64,000 nucleotides of DNA, taken from the NCBI GenBank assembly GCA_050950825.1, contig JBMNIH010000004.1:1-64000 (forward strand). The letters are read 5' to 3'. Below are positions 20,410 to 30,000 of this stretch, in pieces. The translations under genes were made by a program, and so were the position numbers. This DNA is from Clostridia bacterium (GTDB lineage Bacteria > Bacillota > Clostridia > JAAYHZ01). The notes below the pieces were generated by a model that had not been told where the DNA came from, searched no databases, and saw only the letters and a program-made list of their open reading frames with translations. Positions within the stretch are counted from its first letter, which is position 1, and the number at the start of each line of letters is the position of its first letter.

Positions 20410-21125
20410 AAAATCTATCCAAGCTTATAGCCGGCGAAATGAAACGGCTCATACGATACAAAATACTTCCTGTCAGCCTTGTAACCGCCGTCCTTTGGAT
20501 TATCCTCTTTTTGTTTTTGTCCGAAAGTGAAGCCCGAGAAATCGCGCCTCTTCTTATACTCATCGATGTCGCCGCCATGTCCATCCTTCTTTTAGGAGCA
20601 TCCCATCACCTTGAAAAGCAAGAAGGCACCATACGAAGCATGCTGGTGATGCCGGTATCTTATGGTCAAATACTGGCGGCAAAGGCCGTATCCTCCTTGG
20701 TGCTTGCCGTTGAATCCGCCGTGGTTACGTCCGCCGCTCTTTTCTTTATACACGGCGTAACCTTTAATTATGCCGTCCTGCTTTTGTTCGTCGCCATTGC
20801 CGGAGCGGCCCATGCGGCAATCGGGTTTGTCCTATCTTTAAAAAGCAAAGACTTTACTTCCATGCTCGGTTTGCTGCTAGGATATATGTTCGTGTTTACC
20901 TTGCCTTCTTTTCTGTTTAATTTCGGCGTCATAGAAGAAAAGTACGAATGGTTCCTTATGATATCACCGTCCCATTCGGCAAGCCGGCTGATTATATCGG
21001 CTGTCACCGGTGAGTATAATGCGGCTTTGACGGCGGCCGGATGCTTGTATTTGGTTGTTTTGACTTTTCTTCTTTTTAAGTATGCCGTATTTCCCATGTT
21101 TAAAAACGATATGGCAAGGGGGTAA
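20406..21125 (+). CDS. ABC-2 type exporter permease
   Basis: 6 TM, LEKQEGTIRSMLVMP. Confidence 0.85.
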   Translation: MKNLSKLIAGEMKRLIRYKILPVSLVTAVLWIILFLFLSESEAREIAPLLILIDVAAMSILLLGASHHLEKQEGTIRSMLVMPVSYGQILAAKAVSSLVLAVESAVVTSAALFFIHGVTFNYAVLLLFVAIAGAAHAAIGFVLSLKSKDFTSMLGLLLGYMFVFTLPSFLFNFGVIEEKYEWFLMISPSHSASRLIISAVTGEYNAALTAAGCLYLVVLTFLLFKYAVFPMFKNDMARG

Positions 21126-21131
21126 TAGGAT

Positions 21132-21926
21132 ATGAAAAAATATTTGTCGTTATTAAAGTATGAATTAAAAACCGTCTTACGAGATCCCGTCAACCTCTTT
21201 ATGTGCCTGTTTCCCGTTATCGTGTTGATCCTTTCATGCTATGTGTTTCCGCTTATCATGGAATCCGTCGATCCGACAAAGGGCATGACGCTTCAAATCA
21301 CCATGCTTCTTTTGCTTGTCATTATACTTGCCTTCGGATCCTTTTTCCTTGCGGCTTTGGCTACTTTCCTTTTGCTGGAACAAAAGGACGAGAATACGCT
21401 TCATACCATTGCCGTTACCCCTTTGGGAACCTCCGGTTATTTGAAATTCAAAATGACCTATATCTATATCGTATCCGTTATCGGGATCATTGCCATCCTC
21501 CTTGGAACCAAGCTTATTGCCGGAGATAAATACGCGATAGGGGGAAAATCCCTATTCGATAACATCAATGCTTTCCATATCCTTTCCTTTGCCGTTATAA
21601 ACGGGTTGTTTACGCCGGCATTGGGGATGCTCCAGGCCGCCTTTGCAAAGAACAAGGTGGAAGGCTTCGCATTTATAAAAGGCACCGGTATTTTGGCCTT
21701 GATTCCCGCCTTGATGATTTTAGAAGCTTTTCAAGGAGGGCTTCAATACGTGTTGGGTATATTCCCGAACTTTTGGGCCATAAAGGGCATGGTCCTTGAG
21801 CTTATGCCTTATGAACACGGCGCCAATTTAAGCTTTCCCTTCTACCTTCTCATAGGAGGGGTGTACAATATCCTTTTGCTTGTATTGGCATACCGATATT
21901 TTGTAAAAAGAGCACAGTACGAATAA
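21132..21926 (+). CDS. ABC-2 type exporter permease
   Basis: 6 TM, EQKDENTL..IAVTP, AKNKVEG (fluoroquinolone-exporter-like pair). Confidence 0.85.
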   Translation: MKKYLSLLKYELKTVLRDPVNLFMCLFPVIVLILSCYVFPLIMESVDPTKGMTLQITMLLLLVIILAFGSFFLAALATFLLLEQKDENTLHTIAVTPLGTSGYLKFKMTYIYIVSVIGIIAILLGTKLIAGDKYAIGGKSLFDNINAFHILSFAVINGLFTPALGMLQAAFAKNKVEGFAFIKGTGILALIPALMILEAFQGGLQYVLGIFPNFWAIKGMVLELMPYEHGANLSFPFYLLIGGVYNILLLVLAYRYFVKRAQYE

Positions 21927-21945
21927 GCCCGTACCGAATTTATTC

Positions 21946-21982
21946 GGCCGTGATCCGATTCGGGTCGCGGCTTTTTTCTTTT
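21946..21982 (+). terminator. Intrinsic terminator
   Basis: GCCGTGATCCG-att-CGGGTCGCGGC plus T-run. Confidence 0.75.
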
Positions 21983-22083
21983 GATGCCGAAAAAGGTGAT
22001 TGCCAATCCATTGATTTTTAGATATAATAATTTATATACGAAACTATTTACAATAAAAACTTAAGGCTCGGGAGGCGGCAAAC

Positions 22084-22569
22084 ATGTATCGGCAAAAGGG
22101 ATTATTGTTGCTTTATTCTTGTTTCAATATGAGAAGGCAGTTGAATCGATTCATAAGCGGCGGCAATCTTTCGCAAGGGGAATACCTTGTTTTACGGAAT
22201 ATTCGGCTTTCGAATAAGGAATCGAAGGGAGACGGTCGGGAAGGAACCCTTAAGGCGGCGGATCTTTCGGACATGCTGGAATTGTCCCGTCCCTCCATTA
22301 CGAGAATACTTAACGCTTTGGAGAATCGAGGATACATTACCCGCAGCATCGATCCGAAGGACCGAAGGAGCATTCGCATGGAATTGACGGATGCAGGGAA
22401 CGAAGCTTTCGATTTGGCAAATAGGAGGATAGCGGATACCGCCGAAAGAATTGCAGAATCGTTAGGAGAAGACGATACGGATAAACTAACGGAGCTTTTG
22501 GATAAGCTGGCGGAGGTATATAAAAAGATGTTTGAAGAGAAAGAGGGGGAAAAGGGTGAGCGATCCTAA
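22084..22569 (+). CDS. MarR family regulator
   Basis: LSRPSITRILNALE.RGYI.R..D.KDRR. Confidence 0.88.
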   Translation: MYRQKGLLLLYSCFNMRRQLNRFISGGNLSQGEYLVLRNIRLSNKESKGDGREGTLKAADLSDMLELSRPSITRILNALENRGYITRSIDPKDRRSIRMELTDAGNEAFDLANRRIADTAERIAESLGEDDTDKLTELLDKLAEVYKKMFEEKEGEKGERS

Positions 22570-23470
22570 GAAAAAGAAGGTTTTAAACCGGATTTTCGTC
22601 ATCCTTGCGCTCGGCGCGATTGTATTCGTCATCGGGTATGCGGTAAGCGGTATGAAGAGCGGAGGGCTTCTTCGAAACCGATTCTCCTTCGATGAAAACA
22701 AGAATGTAAAAGTGTTAAATCGTCTGAACACCGATTGGGTCTTTCCGGACGAGTATTTTTTGGAAATTGTCGAGGTTGACGGAATCGCCATGGAATGGAT
22801 AAAGAAAAAGGACACGGAATCGGATAAGGTCATCTTACAGCTTCACGGCGGAGCCTATACACGTTCATTAAAGGATAACGGCACTACATATCGCCGCATG
22901 GCGGTGCAGTACGCCAAGATAAGCGGAGCTTCCGTATTAACCGTAGACTACCGAGTGGCGCCGAAGCACCCTTATCCTGCGGCGTTAGAGGACGCTCTAT
23001 TGGCTTATCGAAAGCTTTTGGATCTAGGATACCTGCCGGAGCATATCATTATTGCCGGAGATTCGGCAGGGGGAGGATTGGCTTTGGCAACCTGCCTCTA
23101 TTTAAAGGATCACGACTTGCCCATGCCCGCTGCCGTCATCACCATGTCGCCGTGGACAAACCTGAATTACCAACGCAGAAAGCCTGCATATGTAGGCGAT
23201 AACCGAGCCGACGACCCGTATATCTCGCCGTATTACGGCGAGTACGGCGGATTTCCTCCTATGCTTATGCAGGCAGGAGGAGATGAAATCCTTTTAAACG
23301 ATACTCTTCATGTCGCAAAAAAAGCCGAAGAAGCGGGCGTATCCGTTCAACAAACCGTTTACCCCGGCATGTTTCATGTGTTCCAAGCGCTGTTTCCAGA
23401 GCTTTCGGAGGCGAATACGGCATGGAATGAAGTGGAGGAGTTTATAACCTTCATCTTTTCGGATAAGTAA
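22556..23470 (+). CDS. Membrane-anchored alpha/beta hydrolase (HSL-like esterase)
   Basis: HGGAY, DYRVAP, GDSAGG, E..., HVF; GTG start after GAGGGGG. Confidence 0.9.
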   Translation: MSDPKKKKVLNRIFVILALGAIVFVIGYAVSGMKSGGLLRNRFSFDENKNVKVLNRLNTDWVFPDEYFLEIVEVDGIAMEWIKKKDTESDKVILQLHGGAYTRSLKDNGTTYRRMAVQYAKISGASVLTVDYRVAPKHPYPAALEDALLAYRKLLDLGYLPEHIIIAGDSAGGGLALATCLYLKDHDLPMPAAVITMSPWTNLNYQRRKPAYVGDNRADDPYISPYYGEYGGFPPMLMQAGGDEILLNDTLHVAKKAEEAGVSVQQTVYPGMFHVFQALFPELSEANTAWNEVEEFITFIFSDK

Positions 23471-23534
23471 TAGATCAATAATCCGTGAGAATAGATTTTT
23501 ACATAAACAGAAGAATATTTTCCCAAAATTTTAT

Positions 23535-23564
23535 TTGACAAAGTGCATGGCCATATGCTATGAT
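23535..23564 (+). promoter_or_regulatory. Promoter of trp unit 1
   Basis: TTGACA-18-TATGAT with extended TG. Confidence 0.7.
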
Positions 23565-23590
23565 CGACCGCAATTATATATCTCATCATC

Positions 23591-23856
23591 AAACCGTTGA
23601 ACAAGAGGAGTAAGAATAAGGACTTGCATCCAGAGAGCCGCCGGCGGTGGGAGTGCGGCTGCAAGATTATTCCGAATGGGCTTGTGAGGGAAGCCCGAAA
23701 TCGAAAGAGAGTAGGCGCTTACGGGGATCCTGCCCGTTATCAGGGGGATGCATATGATGGTATGCAACAAGGAGCGGGCGTTATCATGCGCCAATTTGGG
23801 TGGCACCACAGAAGTACGAGCTTTTGTCCCTATTTCGGGACAAAGGCTTTTTTTAT
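23591..23856 (+). ncRNA. T-box riboswitch (Trp), copy 1
   Basis: AGAGA and GGTGG stem I motifs, specifier GAA-TGG (23677-79), T-box AATTTGGGTGGCACC, terminator GCTTTTGTCCC/GGGACAAAGGC plus T-run. Confidence 0.95.
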
Positions 23857-23895
23857 ATCAATAAATCAACGTTTGAAAAGCGAGGTGACGACGAA

Positions 23896-25362
23896 ATGAA
23901 AGGAACCCCGAGTTACGGTGAAGCGGAGCAATTGGCAAAGGAGTACGACATCATACCGATTATGAAGGAAATCTATGCGGACATTACGACTCCCATTGCT
24001 CTTTTACGAAAAATTTTAGGGATTAGCAACAGGTGCTATCTTCTTGAGAGCGTCGAAGGGGGTGAGAAATGGGGCCGATATTCGTTCTTGGGCTTTGATC
24101 CTACCGCCCGTATTGTTTGTAAAGACGGCAAGGTAATCATTGAAGAACAAGAGCAAGAGAAAAAAACGGTATACTCTAAAAAACCTCTCGAAGTGTTAAG
24201 GGCTTATCTTTCGGAATATAGGGCACCGAAGATCGAAGGTTTGCCGCCTTTTGCCGGAGGATATGTAGGTTATTTTGCTTACGGCATGATCGGATATGCG
24301 GAGCCGGTTCTAAAGCTAAGAAGCGGTGAATTCAACGATTTTGACGTCATGCTTTTTGACAAAGTCATTGCCTACGACCACCTAAGGCAAAAGATCGGCA
24401 TCATTGTCAACATGAAAAGCGACCGGCCGGAAGAGAACTACAAAAAAGCGCTTTCCGATATAGATCAAATTGCGAGTATGGTGACGGAGCAAACCGTACT
24501 GCCTAAGGCGAAAATCAAAAGCAAACCTTTCTTTACTTGCAATTTATCAAAGGAAGAGTACAAAAGGATGGTGGAACGGGCAAAAGAATATATCAAACAG
24601 GGAGATATATTCCAAGCGGTTTTGTCCCGACGATTCGAAACGGAATATGCGGACAGTTTGCTGAATGCCTATCGAGTATTACGAACAACCAACCCGTCTC
24701 CTTACATGGTGTTTTTGCAAAATGAAGATCTCCAATTGATCGGCACGTCTCCGGAAACCCTGGTCAGGCTTCAAGACGGAGTTCTCTCCACTTTTCCCAT
24801 AGCAGGATCGAGACCTCGGGGCAAAAACCGGGAGGAAGACAAAGCGTTAGAAAGGGAGCTTCTTGAGGATGAGAAAGAATTGGCGGAACACAACATGCTG
24901 GTGGACCTTGCAAGAAATGATTTGGGCAAGATATCAAAATTTGCGAGCGTACGAGTTGTGAGCTACAAATCCATTCAACGTTATTCAAAGATCATGCACA
25001 TCGTTTCCGAAGTTGAAGGAATCATCAGGGAAGAAAAAGACGCCTTCGATGCCATCGAAGCTCTCTTGCCGGCAGGTACCTTGTCCGGAGCTCCGAAGAT
25101 TCGTGCATGCGAAATTATTGAAGAGCTTGAAAAAGAGCCGAGGGGAATATATGGGGGAGCTATCGGCTATATTGACTTCACCGGCAACATGGACATTTGC
25201 ATTGCCATACGTATGGCGGTAAAGAAGAAGGATAAGGTGTACGTTCAGGCCGGAGGAGGAATTGTGGCGGACAGTATTCCCGAAAAAGAATACGAAGAAT
25301 CGGGGCATAAAGCCAAGGCCGTCACGGAAGCGATACTTTCTGCAGGGGAGGTGAATGAGTAA
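23896..25362 (+). CDS. trpE: Anthranilate synthase component I
   Basis: LLES, GRYSF, GDIFQ, NPSPYM, SPE, AEHNMLVDLARND, PAGTLSGAPK; the track start at 23800 lies inside the T-box. Confidence 0.97.
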   Translation: MKGTPSYGEAEQLAKEYDIIPIMKEIYADITTPIALLRKILGISNRCYLLESVEGGEKWGRYSFLGFDPTARIVCKDGKVIIEEQEQEKKTVYSKKPLEVLRAYLSEYRAPKIEGLPPFAGGYVGYFAYGMIGYAEPVLKLRSGEFNDFDVMLFDKVIAYDHLRQKIGIIVNMKSDRPEENYKKALSDIDQIASMVTEQTVLPKAKIKSKPFFTCNLSKEEYKRMVERAKEYIKQGDIFQAVLSRRFETEYADSLLNAYRVLRTTNPSPYMVFLQNEDLQLIGTSPETLVRLQDGVLSTFPIAGSRPRGKNREEDKALERELLEDEKELAEHNMLVDLARNDLGKISKFASVRVVSYKSIQRYSKIMHIVSEVEGIIREEKDAFDAIEALLPAGTLSGAPKIRACEIIEELEKEPRGIYGGAIGYIDFTGNMDICIAIRMAVKKKDKVYVQAGGGIVADSIPEKEYEESGHKAKAVTEAILSAGEVNE

Positions 25363-25943
25363 TGATATTAATCATTGATAACTACGACAGCTTTACGTAC
25401 AATTTGGTACATCTTGCAGGAGCAATCCGTCCGGATATTCGCGTCATCCGAAACGATGAATGTACTTCCGAACAAGTGGAAGACATGTCTCCTTCCCATA
25501 TTATCTTGTCTCCCGGTCCGGGCTATCCGAAGAACGCCGGCATATGCGAAGAGGTCGTCGACCGGATGAAGGGTAAGGTTCCTATTCTCGGAATCTGCCT
25601 CGGTCATCAAGCCGTATGCGAGGTGTTCGGCGCATCCATTGTTCGAGGGAAGCGCCTTGTACACGGAAAACAAAGCAATATCCATATCGCCGGCGGAAGC
25701 CGTGTATTCAAAAGTCTTCCTCCTATTATTCAAGCGGCCCGATACCATTCTCTCGTTGCGGACCGTATGTCTCTTCCGGATGATCTTTTGGTTATCGCGG
25801 AAGATTTCGAAGGCGAAGTCATGGGCGTAAAGCACAGAGATTACGAAATATACGGCCTTCAATTTCATCCGGAATCCATTTTAACACCGAAAGGTGCCGT
25901 CATTATGGAAAATTTCTTAGGAATAGGAGGTGAAAGGTCATGA
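25362..25943 (+). CDS. trpG: Anthranilate synthase component II
   Basis: IDNYDSFTYNL, SPGPG, GICLGHQ, RYHSL, QFHPES. Confidence 0.96.
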   Translation: MILIIDNYDSFTYNLVHLAGAIRPDIRVIRNDECTSEQVEDMSPSHIILSPGPGYPKNAGICEEVVDRMKGKVPILGICLGHQAVCEVFGASIVRGKRLVHGKQSNIHIAGGSRVFKSLPPIIQAARYHSLVADRMSLPDDLLVIAEDFEGEVMGVKHRDYEIYGLQFHPESILTPKGAVIMENFLGIGGERS

Positions 25944-26953
25944 TCAAGGAAGCGATCCGTAAATTATTGAATCGTGAAGATTTGTCTTATGAAATGACCT
26001 TGTCGGTCATGGATGAAATTATGAGCGGCAATGCTTCGGACGCTCGAATCGCCTCCTTCATTACCGCATTGCGCATGAAAGGCGAGACCATTGATGAAAT
26101 CACCGCTTGTGCTTCCGTTATGAGAAAGTGCGGAACGAAGCTGAAAACGGAAGGAGATGTCCTGGATATCGTAGGAACCGGAGGAGACCAATCCTACACG
26201 TTTAATATATCTACCGTTTCTTCCTTTGTCCTATCGGCGGCAGGGGTGCCGGTGGCAAAGCACGGCAACCGAAGCGTTTCAAGCAAATGCGGAAGCGCCG
26301 ATGTATTGGAAGCCCTAGGGGTTAAAATCGATATTCCCGTTTCCAGAAGCGAAAAAATACTAAAAGAAATCGGTCTATGCTTTTTGTTTGCGCCTTACTA
26401 TCATCCGTCCATGAAATACGCGGCACCGGTTCGAAAAGAACTGGGAGTGCGCACCGTTTTTAATATTCTAGGACCGCTGGCAAACCCGGCCGGTGCAAGC
26501 TTGCAATTGCTGGGGGTTTACGATGAAAATCTTGTGGAGCCTCTTGCAAGAGTACTTGCGAACCTCGGGTTGAAAAAAGCCATGGTGGTGCACGGACACG
26601 ACGGTTTGGACGAAATCTCCTTAACCGCTACCACCGTTGTCTGCGAAGTCAACAACGGATATTTGAACAGCTTCTTTTTAGACCCTCGGCAATTGGGCTT
26701 TGATTACTGCAGCCCCGAAGATTTAATCGGGGGAGGACCGGAAGAGAATGCCGAGATTGCAAGAAGAATTCTCTTAGGTGAAAAAGGGCCGAAAAGAGAT
26801 ATCGTTCTTCTAAACTCCGCTCTTTGCCTTTACATGTACTACGACCGGATTACGATAAGGGAGTGCGTGAAGCTGGCGGAAAAGGCCATTGACAGCGGAA
26901 GAGCGTGGGACCGGCTTGAGGAATTTATAAAGCTTTCGAATTCGGAAGATTAA
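25940..26953 (+). CDS. trpD: Anthranilate phosphoribosyltransferase
   Basis: GTGGD..TFNIST, KHGNRSVSSKCGSAD, GLDE. Confidence 0.97.
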   Translation: MIKEAIRKLLNREDLSYEMTLSVMDEIMSGNASDARIASFITALRMKGETIDEITACASVMRKCGTKLKTEGDVLDIVGTGGDQSYTFNISTVSSFVLSAAGVPVAKHGNRSVSSKCGSADVLEALGVKIDIPVSRSEKILKEIGLCFLFAPYYHPSMKYAAPVRKELGVRTVFNILGPLANPAGASLQLLGVYDENLVEPLARVLANLGLKKAMVVHGHDGLDEISLTATTVVCEVNNGYLNSFFLDPRQLGFDYCSPEDLIGGGPEENAEIARRILLGEKGPKRDIVLLNSALCLYMYYDRITIRECVKLAEKAIDSGRAWDRLEEFIKLSNSED

Positions 26954-26969
26954 AAGGAAGGTGATATGT

Positions 26970-27794
26970 ATGATTCTTCAGACTTTGGCGGAAGCAGCGA
27001 AGAAACGGATCGTATCGGCGAAGAGGAACGTACCCGTTGAAGAATTGAAAGCTTCGGTTTATGAGAACGGGAAAGTGAAAAGGTTCACCAAGCGGGATGA
27101 TTTTGCTTTCGAGAAAGCATTGAAAAAGGAAGGGATATCCTTCATTTGCGAGGTGAAAAAAGCTTCTCCTTCCAAAGGTATCCTTGCACCGGATTTCCCT
27201 TACTTAAAAATAGCCGCGGAATACGAAGAAGCCGGTGCAAGTGCCGTTTCGGTGCTGACGGAGCCCGAGCATTTCAAAGGGCGGGATGCCTATTTAAAAG
27301 AAATCAGCGAAAGGGCCTTCATCCCTGTCCTTCGAAAAGACTTTATTATCGACGAATATCAAATCTACGAATCCAAGCTTTTGGGTGCGGATGCGGTTCT
27401 TCTTATCTGCGGGCTTTTGGATACCGAAACTTTAAAAAAGTATATCCGCATTTGTGACAATCTTAAGCTTTCCGCCCTTGTGGAAGCCCATACGAAGGAG
27501 GAAATCGAATCCGCTCTAAAAGCGGAAGCAAGAATCATCGGAGTAAATAACAGGAATCTTCGAACCTTTGAGGTTGATATCCGAAACTGTATTGCTCTAA
27601 GAAGCTTGATTCCAAAAGATATTCCGTACGTAGCCGAAAGCGGTATTCAAACGCGAGAGGATATTGCTCTTCTCGAAGAAGCGAAGGTGGATGCTGTTTT
27701 GATCGGAGAAGCGCTGATGAAAAGTGCGGACAAAAAGGCGATGCTTGCATACTTCAAAGGCGAAAAAGAAAAGCCTTATGTCGGAGGGAGTTAG
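26970..27794 (+). CDS. trpC: Indole-3-glycerol-phosphate synthase
   Basis: EVKKASPSKG, SVLTE, LRKDFI, GVNNRNL, AESGI. Confidence 0.97.
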   Translation: MILQTLAEAAKKRIVSAKRNVPVEELKASVYENGKVKRFTKRDDFAFEKALKKEGISFICEVKKASPSKGILAPDFPYLKIAAEYEEAGASAVSVLTEPEHFKGRDAYLKEISERAFIPVLRKDFIIDEYQIYESKLLGADAVLLICGLLDTETLKKYIRICDNLKLSALVEAHTKEEIESALKAEARIIGVNNRNLRTFEVDIRNCIALRSLIPKDIPYVAESGIQTREDIALLEEAKVDAVLIGEALMKSADKKAMLAYFKGEKEKPYVGGS

Positions 27795-27795
27795 G

Positions 27796-28407
27796 ATGGT
27801 TACGATTAAAATTTGCGGTTTAACGAGAGAACAGGATATTGATGCCGTCAATATCGCTCTTCCGGACTACATCGGATTTGTTTTTGCCGAGAGCCGGAGA
27901 AGAATTGACGAAGAAAAAGCAAAAACACTGAAGGCCTGCTTGGATCCTTCCGTCAAAGCGGTAGGAGTGTTTGTAAATGAGAAAATCAAGAACATAGTAA
28001 AGCTCTGCCGTGACGGTGTTATCGATCTTGTCCAGCTTCACGGCGATGAAAACCGGGAATACATAAACGAGTTGAAAAACGAGATTGCAAACAAAATTAT
28101 CAAGGCAATCAGGGTAAAGGATGCTTCCGATATCGAAAAAGGGATGGAGCTATCTTGCGATTACTTGTTGTTGGATGCTTATCATGAGGGATCATACGGA
28201 GGCACGGGGAAGACCTTCGACCGGTCGTTGATTCCCGTTATGGATAAACCGTTTTTCATTGCAGGAGGCATTCATTGCGGTAATATGGAACAGGCGGTCA
28301 AAGAGTGTCGCCCTTACGGTATTGACGTAAGCAGTTCGGTAGAGACGAACGGATATAAAGATCCGAAGAAGATCAAAGAAATTGTTGCAAAAGCAAGGGA
28401 ACTTTAA
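27796..28407 (+). CDS. trpF: Phosphoribosylanthranilate isomerase
   Basis: KICGL, VQLHG, GGTGKTFD, AGG, DVSS. Confidence 0.95.
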   Translation: MVTIKICGLTREQDIDAVNIALPDYIGFVFAESRRRIDEEKAKTLKACLDPSVKAVGVFVNEKIKNIVKLCRDGVIDLVQLHGDENREYINELKNEIANKIIKAIRVKDASDIEKGMELSCDYLLLDAYHEGSYGGTGKTFDRSLIPVMDKPFFIAGGIHCGNMEQAVKECRPYGIDVSSSVETNGYKDPKKIKEIVAKAREL

Positions 28408-28421
28408 AGGAGGATAACGAT

Positions 28422-28706
28422 ATGTCAGAAGGGGGATTCGGAATATACAACGGACAAATTTGGGAGAAAGAAGGAAGGTTCACTGATGTATTGGCGGCTT
28501 GTGTCGAAGGAGGAAGCAACATCGTTTGTCTTTTCTATGATTATATCGGCCGCGAGGTGGCAGGCCGCGGGATGGATACGGTTCAAAACGCGGCCACGGT
28601 AACCGACGGAAAAGCAGGTCTCTTCCGCGGTATAGACCTTTCGGGAAGAGGAGTTGAAGATGTTAGCGCCATCGCGCGCTATAGGAGGGTGGATATCTGT
28701 GAGTAG
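28422..28706 (+). pseudogene. trpB: Internally deleted mini-trpB, 94 aa, still one open frame
   Basis: Aligns to TrpB (30001) residues 1-12, 214-243, 252-279 and 371-394; RBS AAGGAGG retained. Confidence 0.9.
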
Positions 28707-29469
28707 ACTAAATCAAATATTTGCGAACGGGAAAGCTTTCATTCCCTTTATAACGGCAGGAGATCCTTCGTTGGAAACAACCGAAGAATTGGTCCTTCGG
28801 ATGGCGGAAGCCGGTGCCGATTTGATCGAGCTGGGTATACCTTTTTCCGATCCTACCGCTGAGGGGCCGGTGATTCAAAATGCAAACATCCGTGCTTTAG
28901 CCGGCGGGGTTACGGTCGATAAAATATTTAATATGGTAAAAAGCATACGAAAAACGTGCAGCGTCCCCGTTGCTTTTATGACGTATGCGAATCCGGTGTT
29001 CGCTTACGGTGCGGATAAATTCTTAAGAAAATGCAAGGATGTCCATGTTGATGCACTCATTGTACCCGATCTTCCCTTTGAAGAAAAAGAGGAATTTTTG
29101 CCTTATTGCTCAAAGTACGGAATTTGCTTGGTGTCCATGATTGCTCCCACATCCGGCAGCCGCATACGTAGAATTGCCGAAGAAGCGCAAGGCTTTGTTT
29201 ATTGCGTATCTTCTATCGGAACAACCGGTGTTCGTGCAGAGATCGGTACGGACGTAAAAGAAATGATCCGGCTTGTAAAAGAAACAAGAGATATTCCGTG
29301 TGCTGTAGGCTTTGGAATATCGACTCCCGAACAGGCGTCAAAAATCGCGGCGTTTTCCGACGGCATCATCACCGGCAGTGCCATTGTGAGTATTGTAGAG
29401 ACGTACGGTAAAGCCTGTATACCTTATGTTGCCGAGTTTGTGCGCATAATGAAAAAAGCGATTCAATAA
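28699..29469 (+). CDS. trpA: Tryptophan synthase alpha chain, intact motifs
   Basis: [34 protein letters not shown]; GTG start overlaps the mini-trpB stop. Confidence 0.95.
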   Translation: MSRLNQIFANGKAFIPFITAGDPSLETTEELVLRMAEAGADLIELGIPFSDPTAEGPVIQNANIRALAGGVTVDKIFNMVKSIRKTCSVPVAFMTYANPVFAYGADKFLRKCKDVHVDALIVPDLPFEEKEEFLPYCSKYGICLVSMIAPTSGSRIRRIAEEAQGFVYCVSSIGTTGVRAEIGTDVKEMIRLVKETRDIPCAVGFGISTPEQASKIAAFSDGIITGSAIVSIVETYGKACIPYVAEFVRIMKKAIQ

Positions 29470-29569
29470 ATGAGTATAAAGAACGGAAGAGGTTATAACC
29501 CCTACCTTTTTTCGAGGAAAGAACGGATGGAACCGGACAGCACAGGCAAAGGTTTTCCAAAAGTTCTCT

Positions 29570-29599
29570 TTGACAAAGAGTTCGGGGTTGTGCTATGAT
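29570..29599 (+). promoter_or_regulatory. Promoter of trp unit 2
   Basis: TTGACA-18-TATGAT, same layout as the unit 1 promoter. Confidence 0.7.
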
Positions 29600-29655
29600 G
29601 GACCGGTAAAAAAATTTGCTACCTGTAAATTTTCTTGCATGTTATTGAATGTATT

Positions 29656-29920
29656 AAACCGTTGATCAAGAAGAGTAAGAATAAGGACTTGCATCCAGAG
29701 AGCCGCCGGTGATGGGAATGCGGCTGCAAGCTTATTCCGAATGGGCTTGTGAGGGAGGCCCGAAATCGAAAGAGAGTAGGCGCTTACGGGGATCCTGCCC
29801 GTTATCCGAAGGAAGCATATGATTGTATGCAAAAACGAGTGGGCGAGCATTTCGCCAATTTGGGTGGTACCGCAGAAGTTACGAGCTTTTGTCCCTTAAA
29901 AAGGACAAAGGCTTTTTTTA
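29656..29920 (+). ncRNA. T-box riboswitch (Trp), copy 2
   Basis: Close paralogue of copy 1; specifier TGG 29742-44; AATTTGGGTGGTACCGC; terminator 29885-29919. Confidence 0.95.
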
Positions 29921-30000
29921 TATCCTTTTTATATAAATAAACGGATAACCGGATAAGGAAAAGAAAACGTGCAAAAGGGAATGTAAAGGAGGACGAAGAT

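Noticed and set aside
23558-23899. Track ORFs over the T-box leaders (also 29593-29940) and the trpE extension to 23800
   Set aside because: They overlap the riboswitch; similarity between them reflects the RNA duplication, not protein coding.
28861-28863. Glu instead of the catalytic Asp60-equivalent in TrpA (PTAEG)
   Set aside because: Shared by both copies and, as I recall, common in clostridial TrpA; not evidence that TrpA1 is inactive.
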